Assembly (NCBI GenBank): GCA_963662265.2
Contig: CAXXHA010000034.1
Coordinates: 1 to 39,188, forward strand
From: Spirochaetia bacterium
GTDB lineage: Bacteria > Spirochaetota > Spirochaetia > CADAEX01
Length of the DNA stretch: 39,188 bases
Direction of reading: 5' to 3'
Below, piece by piece: positions 9,283-18,612 of this stretch (positions within the stretch are counted from its first letter, which is position 1; each line of letters starts with the position of its first letter). The translations under genes and the position numbers were made by a program. The notes under the pieces are model-generated. The model had not been told where the DNA came from, ran no database searches, and worked only from the letters and a program-made list of their open reading frames with translations.

Positions 9283-10416
9283 ATGGACAGAAAAAAGGTA
9301 ATAATACTCGGCTGTACAGGCTCTATCGGACTGAATACAATTGATATAGTCAGGGCAATGCCTGAGTCTTTTGAAATTGCAGCACTTACAGCAAATACAA
9401 AAGAAAAAGAGCTTATCTCTCTTGCAGATGAGTTTAAAGTAAGAAATCTTGCCCTTACAGGCAAAACTCCTGAATCAGACAGAATCAAATACCATGGAAA
9501 AGATTCCATAACTCATCTGATACAGGAAACTGATGCAGATATAGTGGTAAACGGTGTGGCAGGTTCTGAGGGGCTGAAACCTTCAATTACTTCACTTGAA
9601 ACAGGTAAAGACCTTGCTCTCGCAAACAAGGAAACAATTGTCATGGCAGGAGGGCTTATCAATTCTCTTGCAGAAAAATATTCAGGAACTATCATTCCAG
9701 TTGATTCTGAGCACTCGGCTATTTTCCACCTGATAAGGGGACAGAAGAAAGAACATGTCAGGGAAATAGTGATAACAGCTTCCGGGGGTGCTTTCAGAGA
9801 CCTCAAAAAAGAAGACCTTGAAAAGGTTAAACTTGAAGACGCCCTGAAACACCCTAACTGGTCAATGGGAAACAAGATCACTATCGATTCAGCTTCAATG
9901 GCAAACAAGGGTCTTGAAGTAATAGAAGCGCATCAGCTGTTTCATGTTGGACTCGACAATATAAAAGTCCTTATCCATCCGCAGAGCATGGTGCATTCTC
10001 TTATCAGAACAAACGAAGGCTCTCTTTATGCACAGATAAGCAAGCCGGATATGAGAATACCTATACAGAATGCCCTTACCTACCCTGATCTCGGCCCCTC
10101 GCTTTACGGCAGTCTTGATCTTGAAAACATATCGCTTGATTTCAAAAAGCCGGATTTTGACAAGTACAGAATGCTTTACCTTGCATACAGGGCAGCAGAA
10201 AGCGGAGAAGGATACAACATAGCCTACAACGCTGCAAATGAAGTTGCAGTAGAAGCTTTTTCACAGAAAAAAATCAGATTTCTCGATATTCCTGTAATAA
10301 CAGAGAAAACACTGTCACACGGATGGATGAGCAAGGCTGAAAGCTTTGACGAAGTCTTTGAAACAGACAGGATGTCAAGAAAACTGGCAGAAGATATAAC
10401 AAACAATATTTTATAG
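9283..10416 (+). CDS. dxr: 1-deoxy-D-xylulose-5-phosphate reductoisomerase
   Basis: 'LGCTGSIG', 'LALANKET', 'PVDSEHSAI', 'HPNWSMGNKITIDSA..NKGLEVIEA' and 'NAANEVAV'. Confidence 0.98.
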   Translation: MDRKKVIILGCTGSIGLNTIDIVRAMPESFEIAALTANTKEKELISLADEFKVRNLALTGKTPESDRIKYHGKDSITHLIQETDADIVVNGVAGSEGLKPSITSLETGKDLALANKETIVMAGGLINSLAEKYSGTIIPVDSEHSAIFHLIRGQKKEHVREIVITASGGAFRDLKKEDLEKVKLEDALKHPNWSMGNKITIDSASMANKGLEVIEAHQLFHVGLDNIKVLIHPQSMVHSLIRTNEGSLYAQISKPDMRIPIQNALTYPDLGPSLYGSLDLENISLDFKKPDFDKYRMLYLAYRAAESGEGYNIAYNAANEVAVEAFSQKKIRFLDIPVITEKTLSHGWMSKAESFDEVFETDRMSRKLAEDITNNIL

Positions 10417-10425
10417 AGAGAGAAA

Positions 10426-11784
10426 ATGATAAGTAATATAATTATCGGAATTGTCGGTCTTGGAATTGTTGTATTCTTTCATGAAGCAGGACATTTCATT
10501 GCTGCCAAACTTTTTGGAATAACTGTAGAGGCATTCTCACTGGGATGGGGAAAGAAGTTGTTCTCCTTTAAAAAAGGGGAAACAGAATACTGCGTATCAG
10601 CTCTTCCTCTTGGCGGCTACTGCCAGATGAAAGGGGAAGAAGTCTTAAAAAGGGCACTTGAAAAAGACCTTGATTACCTTGACTACGAGGAGGGCTCCCT
10701 GTTCAGTGTAAAACCATGGAAAAGAATAATTGTATTTTTCGCAGGCCCTTTCATGAACCTTGTATTCTCGGTTCTTGTCCTTTCCCTGATCTGGATGCAT
10801 GGTTTTTCAATATATTCTCCCGGCAACAGAATAATCCTGGCATCTGAAATATCAGAGGATTTCAAAAACCAGCCGGCTGATGCTGCGGGACTGGAAACAG
10901 GCGACAGAATCATCCGGGTGGAAGGAACAGATGTATACCACTTTCAGGACTTGAGAGAGAATATCTCGGTAAATCCTGATAAACAGGTAAAAATAACTGT
11001 AAAAAGGGACAACAGGGAACTGGACCTCAGCATAACCCCTGCCCTTAACAAATCAAACGGTACAGGAAGAATAGGAGTTTATCCCTGGATAGATCCTGTT
11101 GTTTCAGAAGTTGCAGAAGGATCATCCGCAGATATTGCGGGATTGAGAAAAGGGGATATCATTATTGAAGCTGAGAACAACCCGGTATCAAACCAGATGG
11201 ACTTCTATAAGCTTCTCAACGAGAAACCTAATTATCTTTCAGTAAAAATTAAACGGGGAGCAGAAATAATACCTGTTAAACTTATATTTTCATACAACGA
11301 TGCAGGAATCACAGATCCCGGTTTTATATTCAACATAGATTCCTACAGGACACCTGATTATTCTTTTACTGAATCATTCAAAAAGGGTACTTCAGAATCT
11401 TTCAAGACCCTGTTTCTCTCAATCAAGGGTTTTAAAATGCTTTTCAGCGGTGTCGATGTAAACAATGCAGTTTCAGGCCCGATAAGAATAACCTACATGA
11501 TGGGAGAAATAGCGAAAGAGGGATTTTCAAGAAGTTTTGAATATGGAATTATAAATTTTTTCCAGTTTCTTTCACTGATCAGCATAGCATTGTTCTTCAT
11601 GAATCTCCTCCCGATACCGGCACTGGATGGGGGGCAGATTATTTTCACACTGTCAGAAATTATTATGAGGAAGAAATTCAAACCGAAAGCAGTATACAGA
11701 TATCAGATTTTCGGATTTGTAATAATATTTGCTTTAATATTCTTTTCATTTTTTAATGATTTAATATTTTTTATAAAGAAGTGA
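10426..11784 (+). CDS. rseP: RIP metalloprotease RseP (site-2 protease, two PDZ domains)
   Basis: HEAGH zinc motif, 'AGPFMN', two PDZ repeats ('PADAAGLETGDRI', 'SADIAGLRKGDII') and 'NLLPIPALDGG'. Confidence 0.97.
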   Translation: MISNIIIGIVGLGIVVFFHEAGHFIAAKLFGITVEAFSLGWGKKLFSFKKGETEYCVSALPLGGYCQMKGEEVLKRALEKDLDYLDYEEGSLFSVKPWKRIIVFFAGPFMNLVFSVLVLSLIWMHGFSIYSPGNRIILASEISEDFKNQPADAAGLETGDRIIRVEGTDVYHFQDLRENISVNPDKQVKITVKRDNRELDLSITPALNKSNGTGRIGVYPWIDPVVSEVAEGSSADIAGLRKGDIIIEAENNPVSNQMDFYKLLNEKPNYLSVKIKRGAEIIPVKLIFSYNDAGITDPGFIFNIDSYRTPDYSFTESFKKGTSESFKTLFLSIKGFKMLFSGVDVNNAVSGPIRITYMMGEIAKEGFSRSFEYGIINFFQFLSLISIALFFMNLLPIPALDGGQIIFTLSEIIMRKKFKPKAVYRYQIFGFVIIFALIFFSFFNDLIFFIKK

Positions 11785-11795
11785 GGTATATATAT

Positions 11796-12452
11796 ATGAA
11801 GAAAGTAATGATACCGTGTCTATGCGGAAAACCTTCACAGTTCGAATATGAGGAAAATGCAGTTCTTGACAGGGATACTGAGGATATGATTTTAAGCGGC
11901 AATTTCATGACTGCCGAATGCTCAAGCTGCGGAAAAACACTTAAACCAGATTTTTCAGTCCGGTTCAAAAACGCAGAAAAGAAAATTGATATCCTTTATA
12001 TACCTGAAAAAGACAGAGACAGCTACCTCAGGGGCAAATCTGATTACAGTTTTAAAAAACCGAACAGAATAGTAATTGGATATCATGAACTTGCGGAAAA
12101 AATCAAAATCATGAGGGAAAATCTTGACGACTCTGTCATAGAATCTGTTAAATACTACATTCTTTCAAAAATTGAAAATGATGTAAAACCTGAAAATGAA
12201 ATTAATATTTATTTCAACAACCTTCATGATGAAAAACTGGTTTTTGAAATACACGGGCTTCAGAAGGATGAGATAGGATTGCTTCCCATTGAAAAAAGCT
12301 TCTATGATATAAATGCCGAGAAACTTGCTGAACACAGAGATACAGAACCGTTTAAAACATTTCTCAATCCGCCTTATGTATCACTGATGAAAGTCTACAG
12401 GGAATATGAGGAAAACAATCCCGACCAAGCGCCGGTAGAAGAGGAAAAATAA
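11796..12452 (+). CDS. CpXC-domain (zinc-ribbon) protein
   Basis: N-terminal 'CLCG...IL.G.F....CSSCG' zinc-ribbon pattern. SD GAGGT precedes ATG 11796 (alternative GTG at 11781). It follows rseP. Confidence 0.75.
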   Translation: MKKVMIPCLCGKPSQFEYEENAVLDRDTEDMILSGNFMTAECSSCGKTLKPDFSVRFKNAEKKIDILYIPEKDRDSYLRGKSDYSFKKPNRIVIGYHELAEKIKIMRENLDDSVIESVKYYILSKIENDVKPENEINIYFNNLHDEKLVFEIHGLQKDEIGLLPIEKSFYDINAEKLAEHRDTEPFKTFLNPPYVSLMKVYREYEENNPDQAPVEEEK

Positions 12453-12463
12453 CAGACCTTATT

Positions 12464-12500
12464 AAACGGAAGACTTCATACTGAATCTTCCGTTTTTTTT
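12464..12500 (+). terminator. rho-independent terminator between converging operons (possibly bidirectional)
   Basis: Stem AAACGGAAGA(C)TTCA / TGAATCTTCCGTTT followed by a T run. Confidence 0.85.
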
Positions 12501-12518
12501 ATATATATTACCCCTCCA

Positions 12519-12806
12519 TCAATGTGACGGATTCTTTTTTACAACATCAATTGCATATTTCACAGCTTCCTCGGCAGCCTTTACATATTCGGTGTGTCTC
12601 GCGCTCTTCGCATACAGAGAACCTGTAAGTGATGTTTTATAAATAGGTTTAATATTGTTCAAAGCAAAAGCTACAATATCAAGAACGCAATCCTGACATT
12701 TGCATATTGATTCATCATGTTCAAGCTCTTTTTCAAGAATTTCCTTAACTATTTCTTCAGCTTCGTTCTTGAGATATTCAAAATTGTAACTGCTGTTAAT
12801 ATCCAT
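12519..12806 (-). CDS. comFB: ComFB-family protein
   Basis: 'NEAEEIV...CKCQDCVLDIVAFALNNIKPIY...AIDVVKKNPSH' is the ComFB signature. SD AGAGGG precedes ATG 12806. Confidence 0.9.
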   Translation of the reverse strand: MDINSSYNFEYLKNEAEEIVKEILEKELEHDESICKCQDCVLDIVAFALNNIKPIYKTSLTGSLYAKSARHTEYVKAAEEAVKYAIDVVKKNPSH

Positions 12807-13061
12807 ACATAACCCTCTTAATAACAAATAGAACTATTTTAATAATCGGTTTTTTTTATCGTTTTACAAGTAAATTCTAATATTTCTGCATCCGGGAATC
12901 AAATACATTTATTTCAACAGTAATTTTTGATTTTTTTGCCGCTTCAGATGCAGTTTTAATGTTCAGAACTTCTACCAGCCGTTATTACGGATCATCAGCT
13001 TAAAAAACATACTTAGGCTTGCAGAAACAGATAAAATAAATACCCTTCATATTTCATCCAT

Positions 13062-13092
13062 AAAAAAAGCCGGACTGCTGAGTGCATCCGGC
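13062..13092 (-). terminator. rho-independent terminator downstream of dnaB
   Basis: The minus strand reads GCCGGATGC-ACTCA-GCAGTCCGGC followed by T7. Confidence 0.8.
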
Positions 13093-13212
13093 CCTTTCCC
13101 GGCCAAAGTACCATTACTGGCAGACCGGCATCACCTGTACCTAAGTACCGGCAACAATTATCCTTTTTATTTAACAGGCTTTCCAAACATTGCTGTCCAG
13201 CCTTATAATTAC

Positions 13213-14553
13213 CTACTCTTCATTGCTCTTTGATTCAAACCTTGTATAACTGGGTCTGAATATTACATTAATTTCACCGATAGGGCCGTTTCTCTGCTTT
13301 GCAACAATCAGTTCAGTATCAATAGCCGAAGGCATTTCTCTTGAACCGGTATCCTCTCCCATCCTGTCCCTGTGAAGAAACATAACAAGGTCTGCATCCT
13401 GTTCGATTGATCCCGACTCCCTGAGATCGGCAAGGGTCGGTTTCTTACCTTCAGTTTCCCTTTTTACCTGAGATAAAACAACAACAGGCATTTCAAGCTC
13501 TCTTGCAAGCGCTTTAAGCGACCTTGAAATCTCTGCTATCTGCTCATGACGGGGAATAGATTTATTCTCAGCCTGAACAAGGGTAAGGTAGTCGATAAAA
13601 ATAATTTTTACTCCGTTCTGCTTCTGCATCTTCCTGGCCTGGGACCGGAGATCGAGTATCTTAACTTCAGGACTTGCTTCAATATATAAAGGAGCCTCAT
13701 AAATTTCACCGACAGCGTCGTGAAGCTGGCTTATCTGCATTTCAGAAAGGTACCCGGATCTTATAAGGTTACTTCTTATTTTTGCTTCACTTGCAAGAAG
13801 CCTCATCATGATAGCCTGGGATGACATTTCAAGTGAAAAGAAGCCGGTAGGTACTTTATGACGTATCGCAATATTTGCAGCCATAGAAAGGGCCAGAGCA
13901 GTCTTACCGATTGACGGACGTGCGCCTATTACAATGAATTCCGATTTCTGAAAACCGTTTGTAAGATGATCAAGATCATCATAACCGGAAGGAACCCCTG
14001 TGCAGACATCATCAGAAGTCATCAGCTTCTGTATGGCATCGAGAGCCCCCGGAAGAAGTTCCTTCAGAGACTGATAACCGCCCACATACTGCTTTTCTGT
14101 TATTTCAAAGATATCCCGCTCAGCTTCCTCAAGCACCTGGCCTGTGGGAATTGTGTCATCCATGGCACCTGAAGTTATACTTCCCGATATTTTCAACAGA
14201 TGACGTCTTACACTGCTTTCCTGAACAATCTTCGCATAATACTCAATATTCGCACTTGAAGGGACTTCTGATGTAAGTGTAGATATATAACCTGCCCCTC
14301 CTGCCTCATCAAGCTTGCCTGCAGCTTTAAGCTGCTGAACAACAGTGAGGATGTCTATGTTTTCGTTTTTTTCGGAAAGTTCAATTACGGAATCAAAGAT
14401 AAGCTTGTGCCGGTTTTTATAGAAGTCTGCGGCACGGAGGTACTGAAGAGCAATATCCAGAGCATCCGGATCAAGTAAAATCGCCCCAAGAGCAGCTTTT
14501 TCAGCTTCAAGGTTATGAGGCGGTATTTTATCTTTTAATCCGGATGACTCCAT
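13213..14553 (-). CDS. dnaB: replicative DNA helicase
   Basis: 'PPHNLEAE', Walker A 'GARPSIGKT', 'FSLEM', 'IDYL', 'DLRESGSIEQDAD' and 'KQRNGP'. No intein is visible. Confidence 0.98.
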   Translation of the reverse strand: MESSGLKDKIPPHNLEAEKAALGAILLDPDALDIALQYLRAADFYKNRHKLIFDSVIELSEKNENIDILTVVQQLKAAGKLDEAGGAGYISTLTSEVPSSANIEYYAKIVQESSVRRHLLKISGSITSGAMDDTIPTGQVLEEAERDIFEITEKQYVGGYQSLKELLPGALDAIQKLMTSDDVCTGVPSGYDDLDHLTNGFQKSEFIVIGARPSIGKTALALSMAANIAIRHKVPTGFFSLEMSSQAIMMRLLASEAKIRSNLIRSGYLSEMQISQLHDAVGEIYEAPLYIEASPEVKILDLRSQARKMQKQNGVKIIFIDYLTLVQAENKSIPRHEQIAEISRSLKALARELEMPVVVLSQVKRETEGKKPTLADLRESGSIEQDADLVMFLHRDRMGEDTGSREMPSAIDTELIVAKQRNGPIGEINVIFRPSYTRFESKSNEE

Positions 14554-14562
14554 AAAAAACTA

Positions 14563-15036
14563 TTATTCTGCTTCTTTAGCTTCAGCAGCAGCAACCACTA
14601 CTTTAAGCATTGCTGATTCTGAGTCATAAAGTTTTACTTTAACACTGTAATTACCAGTCATTTTTATAGCACTTTCAGGAACTTCAATTTTCTTTCTTTC
14701 GATTGTAACTCCCTCTTTGGCAAGTGCATCTGCAACAACAGCATTGTTTACAGAACCGAAAAGTTTACCTGTATCACCTGCAGGTACTTTAATTTCAAGA
14801 CCTTCAATACCTTCAATCTTTTCCTTAAGACTGAGAGCATCTTTTCTTTTTTCCTCTTTCCTCTTCGCAATCTGATCTTTTTTCTGCTCAAAAATATTAA
14901 TATATTTTTTATTGTATGGTACAGCAAGACCTTTGGGAAGGAGGTAGTTTCTTCCATATCCGTTAGCTACAGAACAAACATCACCTTCTTCGCCAAGGTT
15001 TGGCATATCCTGGTTAAGGATTACTTTTATTGCCAT
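14563..15036 (-). CDS. rplI: 50S ribosomal protein L9
   Basis: 'LGEEGDVCSVANGYGRNYLLPKG' and 'GKLFGSV'. Confidence 0.98.
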   Translation of the reverse strand: MAIKVILNQDMPNLGEEGDVCSVANGYGRNYLLPKGLAVPYNKKYINIFEQKKDQIAKRKEEKRKDALSLKEKIEGIEGLEIKVPAGDTGKLFGSVNNAVVADALAKEGVTIERKKIEVPESAIKMTGNYSVKVKLYDSESAMLKVVVAAAEAKEAE

Positions 15037-15111
15037 ATTAATTCTCCTATATCACTTTCGAGCACTTTTCTTACAGAAAAGTCTCTGTCGTTAATGATAA
15101 AACAAGTTTTA

Positions 15112-16107
15112 TCATCTCTCCTTCAAATTTTTCTCATATTTTATCCATATCTCAGATACACCCAGGAGGGGTACACCTATAAGGACAAAATAATTCACTC
15201 CCGGCTGAACAAGCAGCAGTGATAATGTAAATATTATCATTATCCTCATCGAATACGGGAATTTAAGAATTTTCATTAAATTCTGTATAATTCCAAGCCC
15301 TTTAATACCGTAAAGGGTTACCATAATCAGTAAAATATTCCAGCCTGTATATCCCAGAAACCCAACAGGAATTTTCCTGTCAACAAGAACAACCATCAGC
15401 GACAGAATCAGAGGCCATACCATGAAATCAGGCATGGAAAATTTTGACGGAACAAATGAACTTCTCCATTTTCCGAATCTGAAACTGGAACTGCCGAGGG
15501 CCCAGCTTACTGACAGTATCAGGAAATACCAGAAAAGATATGTCCTGAGTGCAGATTTCTTCACTGTTTCAGCCATAATTTCGGGCGTTAGCGACCTGAT
15601 AATTTCAGCCATTTCCCCCGCTTCCACCGAATCAGCCTGTGCCAGTGTTGCTTTTATAAGCTCAAGCGCAAAATTATACTGTTCAATGTAATATGCCTGC
15701 AGAATCTGATTATTATAAAACAGAAGAACAGGAATACCCAGTATAAAACCAGCGCCGACAGCAACAAGCATTCTTTTAAGCATCCGGGGATTTCCGGGCC
15801 AGTCATAGTTGATGTATAAAAATCCTGCCAGCAAATATGCAGGCAGAAGAACTTCAGAAATTACAAGAACAGCACGCTCAGCCTGGTTTTCAACACCGCC
15901 TGACCTGACAACCGCCATCACAAGAACTGCTGACAGAACTGCCAATGATGACATGAAAAATGTTCTGAAGTCCCGTCTGTTTCTGACAACCTGAAGAGGT
16001 ATGAGAAACAGCATTAGAAGATATCCGGACTGATGAAATAATGTTGCGAGTATTGTAAACCAGATTATATCAGGTGTAATTTTCTTCATTATCCGAATAA
16101 GCCTCAA
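15112..16107 (-). CDS. DUF2232 (YybS-like) membrane protein
   Basis: Multi-pass hydrophobic protein with 'F.MP...VWPLI', 'N......LYGIKGLGI' and 'LLGVSEIWI'. It occupies the conserved position between rpsR and rplI. Confidence 0.8.
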   Translation of the reverse strand: MRLIRIMKKITPDIIWFTILATLFHQSGYLLMLFLIPLQVVRNRRDFRTFFMSSLAVLSAVLVMAVVRSGGVENQAERAVLVISEVLLPAYLLAGFLYINYDWPGNPRMLKRMLVAVGAGFILGIPVLLFYNNQILQAYYIEQYNFALELIKATLAQADSVEAGEMAEIIRSLTPEIMAETVKKSALRTYLFWYFLILSVSWALGSSSFRFGKWRSSFVPSKFSMPDFMVWPLILSLMVVLVDRKIPVGFLGYTGWNILLIMVTLYGIKGLGIIQNLMKILKFPYSMRIMIIFTLSLLLVQPGVNYFVLIGVPLLGVSEIWIKYEKNLKER

Positions 16108-16126
16108 TTTCTATATCAGGAATATA

Positions 16127-16420
16127 TTATTTTTTTACAAAAGGAAGATATGCAAGAACTCTTGCTTTCTTGATCTCTCTTGTAAGAGCTCTCTGATGCT
16201 TAGCGCATGTTCCTGTAATTCTTCTTGGAAGAATTTTTCCCCTTTCTGTAACAAATCTTCTTAAAAGATCATGGTTTTTATAATCAATAGGCATTTTCTG
16301 TGTACAGAATTTGCAAACCTTTTTTCTGAACATTGGCCTTGGTCTGCCTTTGCCCGGCATACCTCTATCATCGCCAGCTGGTTTTGCATCTTTTGGTGCA
16401 TCTTTTACTTCGTCTGACAT
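16127..16420 (-). CDS. rpsR: 30S ribosomal protein S18 (zinc-binding type)
   Basis: 'RKKVCKFC...IDYK...[22 protein letters not shown]'. Confidence 0.98.
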   Translation of the reverse strand: MSDEVKDAPKDAKPAGDDRGMPGKGRPRPMFRKKVCKFCTQKMPIDYKNHDLLRRFVTERGKILPRRITGTCAKHQRALTREIKKARVLAYLPFVKK

Positions 16421-16440
16421 CTATTTCTCCTTATAGAATA

Positions 16441-16980
16441 TTAAAATGGAATTCCGTCATCATCAAACTGGTCATTATTTGAATAATTGTTGTTCTGACC
16501 GTAGTTTTCAAAAGGCTGCGAATTGCCGCCCTGACCGGAATCGGGAGACTGAGGCCTTGAGTAGTTATTATTGTTACCGCCCTGGGAATTTCCGCCGCCC
16601 TGGTATGAGCCGCCTCCTCCCTGCTGTGAATAACTTCCCTGCTGTCCTCCGCCTGCAGAACCGCCTAACAACTGAATATTGTTTGCATGGATTTCAACCC
16701 TGCTTCTTGTCTGGCCATCCTGTTCCCATCGGCTCTGTCTGAGCTCACCATCAACTGCAACCTGCTTACCTTTTAAAAGGTATTTACTGAGCGCTTCCGC
16801 AACTCTTCCCCATAAAACAATGTCAAAATAGTTTACCTCTTCATCCCATTTATCACCGTTTTTTCTGCTTCTGTTTACTGCAATGGAGAATTTTCCTACA
16901 GGTGTACCTGAATTTGTGAACCTGAGATCTGCATCTCTAGTCAGTCTGCCGACAAGAAAAACTCTGTTAATATCTGTCAT
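16441..16980 (-). CDS. ssb: single-stranded DNA-binding protein
   Basis: OB fold 'INRVFLVGRLTRD...KGKQVAVDGELRQ', a G/Q/N-rich linker and the acidic tip 'DDDGIPF'. Confidence 0.98.
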   Translation of the reverse strand: MTDINRVFLVGRLTRDADLRFTNSGTPVGKFSIAVNRSRKNGDKWDEEVNYFDIVLWGRVAEALSKYLLKGKQVAVDGELRQSRWEQDGQTRSRVEIHANNIQLLGGSAGGGQQGSYSQQGGGGSYQGGGNSQGGNNNNYSRPQSPDSGQGGNSQPFENYGQNNNYSNNDQFDDDGIPF

Positions 16981-17005
16981 TTAATTATCCTCTGACAGAA
17001 TTATA

Positions 17006-17287
17006 CTACTGATCTGCTTTTACAAACAGAAATTTAAGTACATCAGAGTTAAGTCTTATCTCTTTTTCAGCTGAATCAATCTCAGTTCCGTCCATCTCGA
17101 GCTCATAGAAAAAGTATCTTCCTCTGGCCTGTTTTTTGATTTCATAAGCCAGAGTTCTTTCTCCGAGGTCTTCTTCTTTAAGGATTTTCGCGGATGTTTT
17201 TTCAAGAATTGATTTTACTGCTTCTTTAGCAGCCGCCATTCTATCTTCTTCAGTTCTGAAGATAAAAGTAACTTCATATTTCCTCAT
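17006..17287 (-). CDS. rpsF: 30S ribosomal protein S6
   Basis: 'MRKYEVTFIF...LGERTLAYEIKK...G.Y'. SD AAGGAGG precedes ATG 17287. Confidence 0.97.
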   Translation of the reverse strand: MRKYEVTFIFRTEEDRMAAAKEAVKSILEKTSAKILKEEDLGERTLAYEIKKQARGRYFFYELEMDGTEIDSAEKEIRLNSDVLKFLFVKADQ

Positions 17288-17290
17288 GTT

Positions 17291-17338
17291 TCCTCCTTTT
17301 GGTCTTTGATCCTTGCACAACGGCAGGATAAAGAGGTC
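17291..17338 (-). promoter_or_regulatory. S6:S18-binding (rpsF) leader RNA
   Basis: The minus strand reads CCTCTTT-ATCCTGC..GCAAGGAT-CAAAGACC-AAAAGGAGG. An outer stem pairs the SD and an inner hairpin is followed by GACC, the layout of rpsF autoregulatory leaders. Confidence 0.7.
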
Positions 17339-17343
17339 ATGGT

Positions 17344-17373
17344 AAAGTAACATGCTGATGAGGCGAGTGTCAA
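17344..17373 (-). promoter_or_regulatory. promoter of the rpsF operon
   Basis: Minus-strand TTGACA-N18-TACTTT with an extended TG, immediately upstream of the leader. Confidence 0.6.
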
Positions 17374-17662
17374 TACGGCGAAATGCTGAAGAGAATTACA
17401 ATCTGGTAATAAATACTGATATAGTAAGAAAATACAAAAACACCCGGTTTTTAAACTATCACCTTCATAATAAAAATCAGTATTTCAATAATACATTCTG
17501 CTGTCAGCATCCCTGCATGAGCAGACAGATACCACATACTGACCTCTGCCGCAATATAACAACTCTGCAAACCATATATCTGACAGCAAAGAGTGTTTTC
17601 ACTTTATTTTGAATCAGCAGGACATTTTCCTGTTTAACTAGCTGTATATAGAGGTAGATTTT

Positions 17663-18319
17663 ATGGAAGTAAGAGAAATGGCAGCCAGTGACAAGCCCAG
17701 GGAAAAACTTTTTTCAAACGGGGTAAAATACCTGTCAGACAGGGAGCTTCTTTCAATAATTATCGGATCAGGCATAAAAGGAAAAGGTGTTTATTCACTC
17801 TCTGATGAGATTCTCAAGATACTTGATGCTGAAAACTATTCGGTTGATATAAATACACTGAAATCTGTTTCAGGAATGGGGAAAGCAAAGACAGCGCTCC
17901 TGTCTGCAGCAGTCGAATTCTCAAGAAGAATTCTGGTTCCTGAAAAGAGCAGGATTTCATCCCCGACAGACATATATCCGGTTGTAAGACATTATGCAAA
18001 CAGGAGGCAGGAGACCTTCCTTTCAGTTTCTCTGAACGGCGCTCATGAGGTGATAAAAATAAGGGTTGTTTCTATTGGGTTGGTAAACCGCACATTAGTG
18101 CACCCGAGGGAGGTCTTTGCAGACCCTCTTGCAGACCGCGCTGCCGCCCTTATTGTCTGCCATAACCACCCGTCAGGCAACACAGACCCCAGCCCGGACG
18201 ACAGGGAGGTTACTGATATACTTAAAAAGGCAGGGAAGATTCTGGGGATAGAGCTGCTTGACCATATCATTTTCTCAGAGACTAATTTTTACAGCTTCTT
18301 AGAGAAGGGGGAGATTTAA
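17663..18319 (+). CDS. radC: RadC family protein (JAB/MPN domain)
   Basis: 'KPREKL...G...LSDRELLSIIIGSG', HhH 'GMGKAK', 'VHPREVF' and 'HNHPSG...PS..D...LLDHII'. Confidence 0.96.
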   Translation: MEVREMAASDKPREKLFSNGVKYLSDRELLSIIIGSGIKGKGVYSLSDEILKILDAENYSVDINTLKSVSGMGKAKTALLSAAVEFSRRILVPEKSRISSPTDIYPVVRHYANRRQETFLSVSLNGAHEVIKIRVVSIGLVNRTLVHPREVFADPLADRAAALIVCHNHPSGNTDPSPDDREVTDILKKAGKILGIELLDHIIFSETNFYSFLEKGEI

Positions 18320-18327
18320 CAACCGGA

Positions 18328-18582
18328 TTATCCAGCTTTTTTTCCTCTCTCTTTAGCAATCAAAATAAATATCAGCCCCAGGAGAAAAGACATCGCAAAG
18401 AATACAGCACTCATTGCAAGCATGGGAAGAAAAGCGAAACCAATAGACTTTATAATTAAAAAATCTATTGCCAGAGTAACAAGTAAAGAAAACAGAATAT
18501 TAAATTTCATACGCCCTGTAAAAACCATAACTGATACAACCCCGCTAAGGACTATAATACATAAAGGCTGTTCACCTGACAA
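18328..18582 (-). CDS. small hypothetical membrane protein (start uncertain)
   Basis: 84 aa with three hydrophobic stretches and a basic C-terminus. It fills the gap downstream of recQ. Confidence 0.5.
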   Translation of the reverse strand: MSGEQPLCIIVLSGVVSVMVFTGRMKFNILFSLLVTLAIDFLIIKSIGFAFLPMLAMSAVFFAMSFLLGLIFILIAKERGKKAG

Positions 18583-18612
18583 TTACAAAGACACATTATT
18601 CACATACAAATA

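Noticed and set aside
1453-10416. Functional link between the FGGY kinase (deoxyxylulose phosphorylation) and dxr
   Set aside because: The genes are on opposite strands in separate operons and dxr is in its standard conserved location. Proximity alone is not evidence.
17352-17612. 86-aa ORF and the TGCTGTCAG/CTGACAGCA inverted repeat between rpsF and radC
   Set aside because: The ORF has no RBS and overlaps the rpsF promoter. The 9-bp repeat has no supporting internal pairing or target duplication.
17663-18319. radC as a marker of an integrated mobile element
   Set aside because: It is the full-length HhH+JAB chromosomal type, with no integrase, att repeats or tRNA nearby.
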